Assembly (NCBI GenBank): GCA_945888595.1
Contig: CAMDAO010000003.1
Coordinates: forward strand, 1,188-65,187
Source: Chryseobacterium gleum
GTDB taxonomy: Bacteria > Bacteroidota > Bacteroidia > Flavobacteriales_D > Crocinitomicaceae
Direction of reading: 5' to 3'
Length of the DNA: 64,000 nt
Below, one piece after another: positions 1-9,505 of this stretch; the first letter of the stretch is position 1, and every line of letters begins with the position of its first letter. The notes beneath the pieces are model-generated. The model did not search any database. It had not been told where the DNA came from and saw only the letters and a list, made by a program, of their open reading frames with translations. The position numbers were made by a program, and so were the translations under genes.

Positions 1-222
1 GATGATTCGCATGTATATCAGTTATTGGTTGATAATCCAGTTTTGCGCGATGCTCCAATTTCAAGTGTTATGCAGGCTGCTTTTCCGGTGGTGAAAACAA
101 CTACATCCCTAGAAGAAGTTTCTAAATTAATTAATAAACAAACCCATGCAGTTTTAGTAGAAATGCCAAATGGTGGGCATCATATTATTACTCGTTATGA
201 TATTATTTCATCACTTTCTTAA
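1..222 (+). CDS. CBS-domain protein, C-terminal end (5' part lies upstream of the window)
   Basis: Frame 1 is open from base 1 to the TAA at 220-222. The tail ...VMQAAFPVVKTTTSLEEVSKLINKQTHAVLVEMPNGGHHIITRYDIISSLS looks like one CBS motif. Family call is by eye only. Confidence 0.45.
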   Translation, partial: DDSHVYQLLVDNPVLRDAPISSVMQAAFPVVKTTTSLEEVSKLINKQTHAVLVEMPNGGHHIITRYDIISSLS

Positions 223-230
223 TCGATTCG

Positions 231-1016
231 GTGAAAGAATTTGTTGATCAAATGAATAATACAATCCGCCTTTCGGGAATTCCGAGGCGGATTGTTTCAT
301 TGGTGCCATCTCAAACAGAATTGCTATTTTCCTTAGGCTTAGGAGATCGAGTGGTGGGAATCACTAAATTTTGTATTTATCCCAAAGAATGTTTTCGATC
401 AAAGACGAAAGTGGGAGGTACAAAAAATGTGGATTTTGAGAAGGTGAAAGCGTTGAATCCTGATTTAATAATAGGAAATAAGGAGGAAAACGATCGGTCA
501 AACATTGAGGAATTAGCTTCTATCGCACCTATTTGGATGAGTGACATTTCGAATTTAGCCGAAGCTCTAGAGATGATTCAAAAAGTGGGTGATTTGGTGG
601 GTGAATCTACTAATTCGATGCAATTAATAGCAGATATCCGTTTTCAATTCGATGAACTCCGTGAATCCGTGAAAGTAAAACCTCTTGATGGTAAAACACC
701 GTCCGTTCTCTATTTAATTTGGAAAAACCCTTATTTGTCTGCCGGGAAAAGTACGTTTATTGATGATATGATTTCAAAATGCGGGATGATCAATTATGTA
801 AATAACGACAGATATCCTGAGGTGGTATTTGATGAAAATAGAGCTCCTGATATTGTTTATTTAAGTTCAGAACCCTATCCTTTTAAAGAGAAAGATATAG
901 AAGAGATAAAGCAAATTTTCCCAAATGCTCAAGTGATTTTAGTCGATGGAGAGATGTTTTCTTGGTATGGATCAAGATTAATTCATTCACCAAAATATTT
1001 TATTGGATTGCTCTAA
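231..1016 (+). CDS. Periplasmic-binding-protein fold, BtuF/cobalamin-binding-like (helical-backbone metal receptor family)
   Basis: 261-aa ORF with RIVSLVPSQTELLFSLGLGDRVVGITKFC and NPDLIIGNKEEN, typical of BtuF/TroA-like binding proteins. The GTG at 231 or the ATG at 252 are both possible starts. Confidence 0.6.
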   Translation: MKEFVDQMNNTIRLSGIPRRIVSLVPSQTELLFSLGLGDRVVGITKFCIYPKECFRSKTKVGGTKNVDFEKVKALNPDLIIGNKEENDRSNIEELASIAPIWMSDISNLAEALEMIQKVGDLVGESTNSMQLIADIRFQFDELRESVKVKPLDGKTPSVLYLIWKNPYLSAGKSTFIDDMISKCGMINYVNNDRYPEVVFDENRAPDIVYLSSEPYPFKEKDIEEIKQIFPNAQVILVDGEMFSWYGSRLIHSPKYFIGLL

Positions 1017-2364
1017 CTCCAAACAAGAACTTTATCGCTTCGTTGATTGTTGAATGTCCTTTTTTTGTCACGATATTTCCTTTTAATTTTGCTTGATGGC
1101 GGCTTGTTTTACAAATGGAAATGTTAAATTTATCAAGTGCATTAAATAATTCAAACGACGAATGAAAAAGAGGAGTGATTTCTAAAAATGATACGATTAT
1201 TCCTCCTCCTTCAATTTTTAATAAGGAAGATAAATTTCCTTTTGAAGAAAAAAGTTCATTCGATTTATTCTTAACTAAACGAAGGTTTTTAGTTTTTCCA
1301 ATGGAAATTGTTGTCGCATTTATTTGCTTTATAAAATAGGTTTCTTGGGCTATTGTTAATTCATTATTTGTGTATATGGCACCTATTTTTTCAACGAATA
1401 CCGACGTTTTCAAAAAGGTCGCAATGGAGAATGGACTCTTAAATTCGAGTAATAAATCAATTTCTGGTAGAGGATGCATTCCAGCATCATCTTTTTTGAT
1501 TGTCATTCCTTGATAATTAAAAGCAATGGATTTTATTTTGGGCAATGAACAGTCGATATATTTTAGCAGGTTTGCTATACTATCTTGAAATTCTTCTGGG
1601 ATTATCGAAGTGGAGAAGTGGAAATCTTTTTTGGAAGAATTTAAAAGTAGTTGAGATGGTGTAAAATTAGCTACTTGCTTGGTTGAAATTGAGAATACAC
1701 CATCCAGTTCAATTCCTGATTTTAGCAGGTTTATTTCCAGATCTGATGTTGAAAAATAAGATGATTTACCAAAAACAGCGCCAGTCGTTTGTATTTGAAA
1801 TACCGAATTTTTATTGACTACCAAGATGCTCTTCTTTTTGATTGAATTATTAAAAAATGAGATTAGTTCAGATCTTGATACCTCCGTATTTGAGTCATTT
1901 AAATAGCTTAGAATAAATCCAACATTATCGATTGTCTTTATGGCCTGATTTTCACCAAGCAGAGGTGTCATGTTTTCTTCAAAATGATTCCCATCTTGCA
2001 GATTGAATGAAATACCAATCATTTTCCCTTTTTTATAGGGAGTTGAAAAAATAAGAATATCTGAAAATAAATTTAAATCACTTCTCTTTATATCTCCTCC
2101 CTTCGTTTTTTTTTGTTGAAGAAATGCTTTGATTTTTTGAATGGTCTTCTCATCTTTCGCTTCAAATAAAACGGAGAATAAAGAACTCTTTATCAATTCA
2201 TTACTATTTATTCTGAGAGCTACTTCAGCATCAGATGGAATGTAATTTAGGTTATTATTTTTTTCTTGTTCAAATGTGAATTTGGAAATAAAAAATAGGA
2301 TCCACAAAAAAGATAACAATACTATTGAAGTTAGAACTTGTTTCAATTTGCTTTTATTTTTCAT
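1000..2364 (-). CDS. Hypothetical N-terminally membrane-anchored protein
   Basis: Long ORF. I place the start at the internal ATG (2362-2364), giving MKNKSKLKQVLTSIVLLSFLWILFF (a TM anchor). The 38 upstream codons overlap the divergent gene. No family motif recognised. Confidence 0.55.
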   Translation of the reverse strand: MKNKSKLKQVLTSIVLLSFLWILFFISKFTFEQEKNNNLNYIPSDAEVALRINSNELIKSSLFSVLFEAKDEKTIQKIKAFLQQKKTKGGDIKRSDLNLFSDILIFSTPYKKGKMIGISFNLQDGNHFEENMTPLLGENQAIKTIDNVGFILSYLNDSNTEVSRSELISFFNNSIKKKSILVVNKNSVFQIQTTGAVFGKSSYFSTSDLEINLLKSGIELDGVFSISTKQVANFTPSQLLLNSSKKDFHFSTSIIPEEFQDSIANLLKYIDCSLPKIKSIAFNYQGMTIKKDDAGMHPLPEIDLLLEFKSPFSIATFLKTSVFVEKIGAIYTNNELTIAQETYFIKQINATTISIGKTKNLRLVKNKSNELFSSKGNLSSLLKIEGGGIIVSFLEITPLFHSSFELFNALDKFNISICKTSRHQAKLKGNIVTKKGHSTINEAIKFLFGVRAIQ

Positions 2365-2407
2365 ACTATAAAAGTAACTTTTTATCTTAAATATGTACAT
2401 TTGCACT

Positions 2408-2950
2408 ATGAGAAAATTTTTAAAATTTTTACTGAAATTGGCTGGTTGGAAGATAGATGAATATGTTCCTGCTGGCATTGAGAAATGTGTTGTGGTTATG
2501 GGGCCACATACTTCTAATTGGGATTTTATTATTGGACGTATAACGTTTGCTAATTATGGTGTAAATGCTAAGTTTTTAATAAAAAAGGAACTTTTCTTTT
2601 TCCCATTAGGAATCATCTTTAAAAAATTAGGTGGAATCCCTGTTGATAGAAAGACAAACAATAATATTACTGATTTTGCAGTGAAATTGTTTGAAGAGAA
2701 TGAAAGTCTATATCTTGTTTTTACGCCTGAAGGAACTCGAAAATACAATGATCGCTGGAAAAAAGGGTTTTACTATATCGCTCAAAAAGCACAAGTCCCA
2801 ATTTATATCGCTTATATAGATTATTCTACAAAAAGAGGAGGATTTGAAAGGATATTTGAGCCAACGGGTGATGTAGAAGCAGATATACTAGAAATAAAGA
2901 AAGTTCTATCCAAATACAAAGGGAGATTTCCTGAGCAAGGAATTAGGTAA
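2408..2950 (+). CDS. 1-acyl-sn-glycerol-3-phosphate acyltransferase-like (PlsC family)
   Basis: HX4D acyltransferase motif HTSNWDF and TPEGTR block. Start taken at MRKFLKF; the ORF track starts 5 codons earlier. Confidence 0.7.
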   Translation: MRKFLKFLLKLAGWKIDEYVPAGIEKCVVVMGPHTSNWDFIIGRITFANYGVNAKFLIKKELFFFPLGIIFKKLGGIPVDRKTNNNITDFAVKLFEENESLYLVFTPEGTRKYNDRWKKGFYYIAQKAQVPIYIAYIDYSTKRGGFERIFEPTGDVEADILEIKKVLSKYKGRFPEQGIR

Positions 2951-2984
2951 AATGATAGCTAAGTATATTTATTTTTCTGCGTTT

Positions 2985-3164
2985 TTATTTGATATGGTTT
3001 TTTTTGTCAAATCCATAAGGACAATGTTTACATCCATTTTTACAGCAAAAACCTCGTTTCAATAAATATTTTTCAGTGAAAATTATATACCCTTCAGGAC
3101 TAAGATAATATTCATCTTTTTCTAGTTTATCTTTTTTTGAAAAGCCTGACATGTCGTCGCTCAT
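2985..3164 (-). CDS. Small Cys-rich protein (59 aa), DUF5522-like
   Basis: ATG 3162-3164 to TAA 2985-2987, translated by hand: MSDDMSGFSKKDKLEKDEYYLSPEGYIIFTEKYLLKRGFCCKNGCKHCPYGFDKKNHIK. It falls just under the 60-aa ORF cutoff. The CCxxGCxxC tail matches a small conserved Bacteroidota family from memory. Confidence 0.55.
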   Translation of the reverse strand: MSDDMSGFSKKDKLEKDEYYLSPEGYIIFTEKYLLKRGFCCKNGCKHCPYGFDKKNHIK

Positions 3165-3210
3165 TGTCTTAGAATTGATAAAATTTCAAATTACTGACTG
3201 TAAATTTACT

Positions 3211-3218
3211 TATTTTTG
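3211..3218 (+). promoter_or_regulatory. Bacteroidota sigma-A -7 box (TATTTTTG)
   Basis: Matches the TAnnTTTG consensus, 43 nt upstream of the ATG at 3261. Confidence 0.4.
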
Positions 3219-3260
3219 CAGTCAATCGTCAAAAAAACATAAAGGAAACAATATTTCGCA

Positions 3261-4202
3261 ATGCTATATTCAACTGAAAAATCAATTCTTCAAAAAATAG
3301 AAGGTGAATGTTTTGAAAAACGTAATATACGTCTTTATATCAAGCGGGATGATTTAATTGATAGCGAAGTTTCGGGTAATAAATGGCGAAAATTAAAGTT
3401 TAATATTGAACAAGTGAAAGCGCTAAAGAAAGAAGGTGTTCTTACTTTTGGTGGAGCTTTTTCAAATCATTTAATTGCTACCGCGTCCGCTTGTCATAAG
3501 GCAGGTATTCAATCTGTTGGTATTGTTCGAGGGAATGAATTAAATGAAAATTCGAATGAAACGCTGAGAAATTGCTCACAATTGGGAATGAAACTCAAAT
3601 TTGTCACACGTGAAGAATACAGATTAAGATACGACAAAATGTATCAAAATGAATTATGTGTTGAATTTGAAAACCATTATGTCGTTCCAGAAGGAGGGGC
3701 AAATTTCTACGGAATGATTGGTTGTCAGGAAATTATAAAAGAAATTGACATTGATTATGATGTGCTTTTGGTTGCTCAGGGCACAAGCACTACAAGTTGC
3801 GGATTGTTATTAGGCTTGCCCGATGGAGTAAAATTGCACGTTGTTCCAGCGCTAAAAAGCTATAATTCGATTGAGTCTATGCGAGAATTGTTAAACTATT
3901 CCATTTTCGATGAAGAATTTACGGAAGAATTACTTCAAAAAGTAGTTGTACATGCTGATTATCATTTTGGTGGGTATGGAAATTATTCGATGGAATTACT
4001 TCATTTTATTCAAAAGTTTTACCGACAATTTCAGGTTCCTTTAGATCAAGTATACACTGGGAAAGCAATGTTTGCTTTATTTTCTGAAATGGAAAAAGGA
4101 AATTTAGATAATAAAACGATTGTATTTATTCATACAGGAGGAATTCAAGGAACAAAATTTATAGAATCAAAAGAAGGATTACGTTTATTTGAATTGAATT
4201 AA
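3261..4202 (+). CDS. PLP-dependent ACC deaminase / D-cysteine desulfhydrase family protein
   Basis: SGNKWRKLKFNI (PLP-lysine block of the ACC-deaminase family), FGGAFSNH and a C-terminal HTGG block. Confidence 0.7.
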   Translation: MLYSTEKSILQKIEGECFEKRNIRLYIKRDDLIDSEVSGNKWRKLKFNIEQVKALKKEGVLTFGGAFSNHLIATASACHKAGIQSVGIVRGNELNENSNETLRNCSQLGMKLKFVTREEYRLRYDKMYQNELCVEFENHYVVPEGGANFYGMIGCQEIIKEIDIDYDVLLVAQGTSTTSCGLLLGLPDGVKLHVVPALKSYNSIESMRELLNYSIFDEEFTEELLQKVVVHADYHFGGYGNYSMELLHFIQKFYRQFQVPLDQVYTGKAMFALFSEMEKGNLDNKTIVFIHTGGIQGTKFIESKEGLRLFELN

Positions 4203-4339
4203 AAGTATTTTTTGCTGAGGTGTCAAATAAAGGTTGAATGTGCAACAAATAGTTGACCCTAAAATTCACCATTAAATTTCTTGTTGACGAAACAAAAGAT
4301 ACTTGTATATTTACGAATGTTTTTGAAAAAAATTATCGT

Positions 4340-5455
4340 ATGTTAAAATCATATCTTTCTATCGTTTTTGTTTTCATAGGAATTTCGCTGTTTTCTCAGA
4401 TCGTAAACACGGGAATGACAACTAATTATGATTCCTTGGAAACTGGAAAAATATCGATTGGTGGGTATGTGGATACGTATTATGGATTTGATTTTAGTCA
4501 ACCGGAAAATTCCGAGAGGACCTATAGTGTTTCGTCTGCGCGGCATAATGAAATAAATGTAAATATTGCTTACATCGATATCAAATACTCAAATGATAAG
4601 ATCAGAGGAAAAATAGTTCCTGGTTTTGGTACGTATATGAATACAAATTACATGGCAGAAAAAGGCTCTTTGAAAAATCTAATTGAGGCGAATGGGGGAG
4701 TTTGCTTATCTAAGAAAAGAAATGTTTGGGTTGATGCTGGGGTTATAGGGTCACCGTATACAAATGAAACGATGATATCAAAGGATCATCTGATGTATAC
4801 AAGGAGTTTTGGTGTGGAATATTCTCCTTATTATTTGTCTGGGGCGAAGTTGTCCTATCCAATCAATAAAAAAATAAATTCATTCCTTTATATTATCAAT
4901 GGCTGGCAAGAAATTTTTAACGTAAATAAATCGTTAGCATTTGGTTCTCAAATTGAATATCGTCCGAATAACAAAGTGCTAATAAATTGGGATACGTATA
5001 TAGGAAATGAAAAATCTATTTCGTCGCCTAGTTTCAGAAATCGATATTTTTCGGATGTATATGTGATTTATAATAATGGAAAAAAAATATCATTTACAAC
5101 TTGTGCCTATGTTGGTGTGCAAAATGTGCAAGATCCTCTGGGTCCTAAATCTACTAATTTGTGGTGGCAAGCAAATTTTACGGGCAGTTATGAATTGAAA
5201 AAAGACATCTCAATCTCAAGCAGAATAGAATATGTAAGTGATCCTAATTCAGTTCTTTTTCATCCTGTGACGTCAGCTATTGGTTTTTCCTCTTTCAGCG
5301 GAGGAGTTTGTTTGAATGTGAAAATTTCAAATCATGCCATGTTTCGTCTTGAAGACAGACTTTATTATTCAGAACAAAAGGTGTATTTAGACAAAAATAT
5401 GAACGAATCAAACGCGAATAATTTGTTGATTGGAAGTTTAACGGTCTGGTTTTAA
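4340..5455 (+). CDS. Outer-membrane beta-barrel porin (OmpL/BBP2-like)
   Basis: Start moved to MLKSYLSIVFVFIGISLFSQ (signal peptide). Has GGYVDTYYGFDF near the N-terminus, alternating beta-strand pattern and a C-terminal ...LTVWF. Confidence 0.55.
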   Translation: MLKSYLSIVFVFIGISLFSQIVNTGMTTNYDSLETGKISIGGYVDTYYGFDFSQPENSERTYSVSSARHNEINVNIAYIDIKYSNDKIRGKIVPGFGTYMNTNYMAEKGSLKNLIEANGGVCLSKKRNVWVDAGVIGSPYTNETMISKDHLMYTRSFGVEYSPYYLSGAKLSYPINKKINSFLYIINGWQEIFNVNKSLAFGSQIEYRPNNKVLINWDTYIGNEKSISSPSFRNRYFSDVYVIYNNGKKISFTTCAYVGVQNVQDPLGPKSTNLWWQANFTGSYELKKDISISSRIEYVSDPNSVLFHPVTSAIGFSSFSGGVCLNVKISNHAMFRLEDRLYYSEQKVYLDKNMNESNANNLLIGSLTVWF

Positions 5456-5472
5456 TTGTTTACCTATGATTT

Positions 5473-6330
5473 TTAAAAAGTAAGTAATTTGATAATTTCT
5501 TTTGCTTCTTTCACGTCATGTACGCGTAAAATAGAAGCTCCATTTTGAAGTGCAATTGTGTTTAAAACAGTCGTCCCGTTGATGGCATCTTCAGGTTCAA
5601 TTTCTAGCTTTTTATAGATCATCGCTTTTCGTGAAATACCTACTAACAATGGTTTTCCAAGAAGTTGAAATTGATCTAAGTGCAGAAGAAGCTCATAATT
5701 TTGTTCTATTGTTTTTCCAAAACCAAAACCTGGATCTAACACAATATCATAAATTCCATTTTCATGAAGAATCTTTATTTTTTTCGAAAAAAAAGCGGTT
5801 ATCGTTTTAAATAAATTTTCGTAATGGGTGTTTTTTTGCATCGTTTGCGGTGTTCCCTGCATGTGCATCAAAATATAGGGACATTTGTAATGCGTAATTA
5901 CATTCAGTAGCAAGGGGTCTATTTCCCAAGCACTTATATCGTTGATCATGTCAATTCCATTTTCTAAACCAATTCTTGCAACTTCAGAACGGAAGGTATC
6001 GAGTGACAAAGGGATGTTTCCAAATTCAGTTTTAATAGATTGAAGAGGAGCTAGAATGCGATGTATTTCTTCATCAACTGATATTTCAGAAGCTCCCGGT
6101 CTGCTCGAATAACCTCCTAAATCGATAATATCAACTCCTTCGAGTAAGAATTTTTCTACTTTTGTTAAAATAGATTTTTCGCTTGTTAGCCTACTTCCCG
6201 CAAAGAAAGAATCTGGAGTACTGTTTACTATACCCATTACTTTAGGTTTAGAAAGGTCAAATAAATTATCCTTCAAACGAAGGTGTTTATTTGCGGGAAA
6301 ATATGTATCTTCAACCCTTAATTTGTGCAT
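5473..6330 (-). CDS. folP: Dihydropteroate synthase
   Basis: GIVNSTPDSFF, DLGGYSSRPG, LSLDTF and PGFGFGK motifs of the pterin-binding DHPS family. Confidence 0.9.
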   Translation of the reverse strand: MHKLRVEDTYFPANKHLRLKDNLFDLSKPKVMGIVNSTPDSFFAGSRLTSEKSILTKVEKFLLEGVDIIDLGGYSSRPGASEISVDEEIHRILAPLQSIKTEFGNIPLSLDTFRSEVARIGLENGIDMINDISAWEIDPLLLNVITHYKCPYILMHMQGTPQTMQKNTHYENLFKTITAFFSKKIKILHENGIYDIVLDPGFGFGKTIEQNYELLLHLDQFQLLGKPLLVGISRKAMIYKKLEIEPEDAINGTTVLNTIALQNGASILRVHDVKEAKEIIKLLTF

Positions 6331-6340
6331 ACTTAAATAA

Positions 6341-6877
6341 ATGAGTCAAACTTCTTTAGAATATACAAATATAATCAATGTTTGTCGAGAAATTTTCTCC
6401 AATAAAACAAAAGATTATGGAACGGCTTGGCGTATCCTGCGTCCAAGTTCTTTGACCGATCAAATTTTCATCAAAGCCCAGCGTATACGTACGATTCAGG
6501 AGACAGGAGTGAATAGGGTGGGTGAAAGTATTGATACTGAATTTATCGCAATTGTTAATTATTGCCTCATGGCAATTATTCAAGTTCGTGAAAAAGATCT
6601 GGATGAAGTAGAAATTAATCCGGATTTAGCTATTTCGTTATATGATACATATTCTACAGAAGCTTTTGATTTGATGATGAAAAAAAATCACGATTATGGA
6701 GAGGCATGGAGAGATATGCGTGTTAGTTCATTGACAGATTTAATCTTGATGAAGATTTTACGAGTGAAACAAATTGAAGATAATAACGGTTTAACTTTAA
6801 TTAGTGAAGGAATTGATGCAAATTACTTTGATATGCTTAATTATTCCGTTTTTGCATTGATCCATTTAAAAAATTAA
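6341..6877 (+). CDS. DUF1599-family protein (two internal repeats)
   Basis: Two copies of a ...K..DYG.AWR..R.SSLTD.I..K..R... module. Divergent from folP, as commonly seen in Bacteroidota. Confidence 0.6.
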   Translation: MSQTSLEYTNIINVCREIFSNKTKDYGTAWRILRPSSLTDQIFIKAQRIRTIQETGVNRVGESIDTEFIAIVNYCLMAIIQVREKDLDEVEINPDLAISLYDTYSTEAFDLMMKKNHDYGEAWRDMRVSSLTDLILMKILRVKQIEDNNGLTLISEGIDANYFDMLNYSVFALIHLKN

Positions 6878-6881
6878 ACGT

Positions 6882-8759
6882 ATGAGTCAACCAATTACTT
6901 TTGAAGGTCGTTCATTTTTTTTTAATTTACTATTTGTAGTAGTTAACTTAATGGGATTATCGCTTGTTGTAATGGGCTTCCATGATAATTTTGAGGATTA
7001 TAAAATAGTATTGATTTGTTCAGGTGCGGCTGTTATTTTGATAACTTCATTTTTACTTCTGATTTTTCAAGGACGTCTTTTGATGGCAGGTTTTTCAAGG
7101 ATTATTGTAGGTAGTTTATGTATTGTTTCAGGTTTAGTAAAAGCGAATGATCCAATCGGATTTTCCTACAAATTAGAAGAATATTTTGAGGACGGGGCAC
7201 TTGCTTATAGAATCAAAGAGATGTTTGGAATGCCAGCTTTTTCTCTAGAGTTTTTGATAGATTTTGCTCTTGTTTTAAGTGTGATTATTTGTGTCATTGA
7301 GATTGTTTTAGGTGTTCTTTTAATCATCGGTGGTAAGATTAAAATAGTGACTTATTTTACTCTGTTCATGATGCTGTTCTTTACTTTTTTGACGTGGCAT
7401 ACAGCTAATTGTGATGCGGGTAAAAAGTTTGTCGACAGAGATACGTATTCCATGTCAGATCCAATGGCTATTTTGAAAATTGAGGAGCTGAAAGTAAATA
7501 AAGAAGTAACCATTCATTCTAAAACAGCCGACTATTTGGTTGTTGATGAGTTAAAGTCACCACAATGCGTTTCTGATTGTGGTTGCTTTGGTGACGCGTT
7601 AAAAGGTTCAGTTGGTCGATCGTTAACACCGAAAGAATCGCTGTGGAAGGATCTTATTTTGTTGTATCTCGTTATTTGGATTTTTGTCACCCAATGGATT
7701 ATTTTACCCAATACCCGCAAGCAAAATTTAATTTCAGTAATTTCAGCACTTGTAATAATTTCTTTTTTCTCTTGGGTTTTTGGATGGTTCTTTCCTGTCT
7801 TTTTTGGTATTTTGGTTTTGTTAGGAGCTTTGTGGATTGTCAGGGCAGGAGGAAAATTATTTGGTAATTATTTTGGGTCGGTTATAATTGTTACGATCAT
7901 TAGCTGCTGTTTTATAACTTATGTTTTATTGAATGAACCAGTAAAAGATTACCGACCATTTGCTGTTGGAAGTAATTTGTATACTAATATGCACAATGGT
8001 AAAGTGGGAATATTTGAAAGTATTCTTGTGTATAAAAATAAAAAGTCGGGTAAAATTGTAGAATTTTCAACTGATTCTAAAGAATTTAAAGGGATAAAGG
8101 ATTGGGATAATTGGAAGTTTATTCGAATATCCACAAAGATAATTCGGGATACTCAACTTCCTTCTATTAATGATTTTGATCCGATTATTGGTCTTTCTGA
8201 AATAGGAAAAGAAGAATTGAAGATGAAATTTATCCAAAATGAACTAAAAAATACAACAATACGTAGCCTGAAAATGATGGATATTGCAAATCAATCCACA
8301 TTTGATATCTCTATTGAAGAATACGATCTGACCGATTATCCGTTAGAAAATTATAGCATTCAAGATACGGTTGAAATAGAAAATTCTGCTGTTTCAGATA
8401 TTAGTATAAAGGATTTTATTATTAAAAGTCCACAGATTATGATTGTTTTTTCTAAAAGTTTAAAAACAGCAAATTTTAATGAAATTGCGAAATTTAAATC
8501 GATTCAGATGAATTGTGAGAAAAAAGGTATTCCTTTTATAATCGTTTGCTCTGCCATTAGAAGTGATATTAATGAATTCAGGACTAAATATTCATTCAAT
8601 GTGCCTGTTTTTGTGAATGATGAAAAAACAATAAAGGCGGTTTCGAGATCCAATCCTTCTTTATTAGTGCTCAAGCATGGAGTGGTAAAAGGTAAGTATC
8701 CTCATAGATCTTTACCAAGTTTTAGTTGGTTGAATGAAAATATTTTATTAAAAAAATGA
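6882..8759 (+). CDS. MauE/DoxX-type polytopic membrane protein with C-terminal thioredoxin-fold-like domain
   Basis: Multiple TM segments, a CGCFGDALKG motif typical of MauE/DoxX redox membrane proteins, and a soluble C-terminal ~200 aa. The stop overlaps the tpiA start (ATGA). Confidence 0.55.
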   Translation: MSQPITFEGRSFFFNLLFVVVNLMGLSLVVMGFHDNFEDYKIVLICSGAAVILITSFLLLIFQGRLLMAGFSRIIVGSLCIVSGLVKANDPIGFSYKLEEYFEDGALAYRIKEMFGMPAFSLEFLIDFALVLSVIICVIEIVLGVLLIIGGKIKIVTYFTLFMMLFFTFLTWHTANCDAGKKFVDRDTYSMSDPMAILKIEELKVNKEVTIHSKTADYLVVDELKSPQCVSDCGCFGDALKGSVGRSLTPKESLWKDLILLYLVIWIFVTQWIILPNTRKQNLISVISALVIISFFSWVFGWFFPVFFGILVLLGALWIVRAGGKLFGNYFGSVIIVTIISCCFITYVLLNEPVKDYRPFAVGSNLYTNMHNGKVGIFESILVYKNKKSGKIVEFSTDSKEFKGIKDWDNWKFIRISTKIIRDTQLPSINDFDPIIGLSEIGKEELKMKFIQNELKNTTIRSLKMMDIANQSTFDISIEEYDLTDYPLENYSIQDTVEIENSAVSDISIKDFIIKSPQIMIVFSKSLKTANFNEIAKFKSIQMNCEKKGIPFIIVCSAIRSDINEFRTKYSFNVPVFVNDEKTIKAVSRSNPSLLVLKHGVVKGKYPHRSLPSFSWLNENILLKK

Positions 8760-9505
8760 GAAAAAAAATAGTTGCCGGTAATTGGAAAATGAATCTATTA
8801 TGTGAGGAAGTGAATGTTCTTTTTGATAAAATTTCCGATCAATTATCAGGTTCTGAAGAACCACTAGTACTGGTTTTTCCTCCGTCTATTTTTTTACGTG
8901 AATTATCAAAAAAATCGAGTAAAACTGTTGCAATTGGAGCTCAAAATTTTTATCCGAAAGAAAAAGGTGCTTTTACAGGTGAAATATCCGTTACTCAAGT
9001 GCAAGATTGCGGTGCAACTCATGTTTTGATTGGCCATTCTGAAAGACGTGCGTATTTTCAAGAAACGGATAGTTTTTTAAAGGAAAAAGTAGGAAGTGCA
9101 CTTGCCTATAAGTTGGGTATTGTATTTTGTTGTGGAGAGCCGTTGGAGATTCGTGAAAAAAATCAGGAAATGGAGTATGTGAAAAAGCAATTAGAAAATA
9201 GCCTTTTTCATTTAAGCGTTGCAGATATATCAAAATGTGTTATTGCTTACGAACCTGTTTGGGCTATTGGAACTGGTAAAACAGCCTCAATTGAGCAAGC
9301 AGAGGAGATGCATTTCGCTATTCGATCATGGCTAAGTGAAAAATATGGTCATCAGGTAGCGGATTCAATTTCAATATTATACGGAGGAAGTTGCACAGCT
9401 ACGAATGCAAAAGAACTTTTTTCTTGCCCAAATGTAGATGGTGGTTTAATCGGAGGTGCTGCTTTAGATTCGGATGCATTTCTACAAATTATACATTCAT
9501 ATTAA
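8756..9505 (+). CDS. tpiA: Triosephosphate isomerase
   Basis: AGNWKMN, IGHSERR, AYEPVWAIGTG and GGASL-like GGAAL blocks. Confidence 0.95.
   Translation: MRKKIVAGNWKMNLLCEEVNVLFDKISDQLSGSEEPLVLVFPPSIFLRELSKKSSKTVAIGAQNFYPKEKGAFTGEISVTQVQDCGATHVLIGHSERRAYFQETDSFLKEKVGSALAYKLGIVFCCGEPLEIREKNQEMEYVKKQLENSLFHLSVADISKCVIAYEPVWAIGTGKTASIEQAEEMHFAIRSWLSEKYGHQVADSISILYGGSCTATNAKELFSCPNVDGGLIGGAALDSDAFLQIIHSY

Noticed and set aside
1000-5455. Upstream N-terminal extensions in the ORF track (2365-2478 minus strand, 2393-2407 and 4253-4339 plus strand)
   Set aside because: The extensions precede obvious signal or TM sequences that start at internal Met codons, and they overlap neighbouring genes or promoter-like sequence. 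Shorter starts are preferred.
9391-9504. 38-codon N-terminal extension of prmA in the ORF track
   Set aside because: It overlaps the 3' end of tpiA in another frame and encodes a Cys/Arg/Phe-rich sequence. The conserved PrmA N-terminus begins at MDYLELT (9505).
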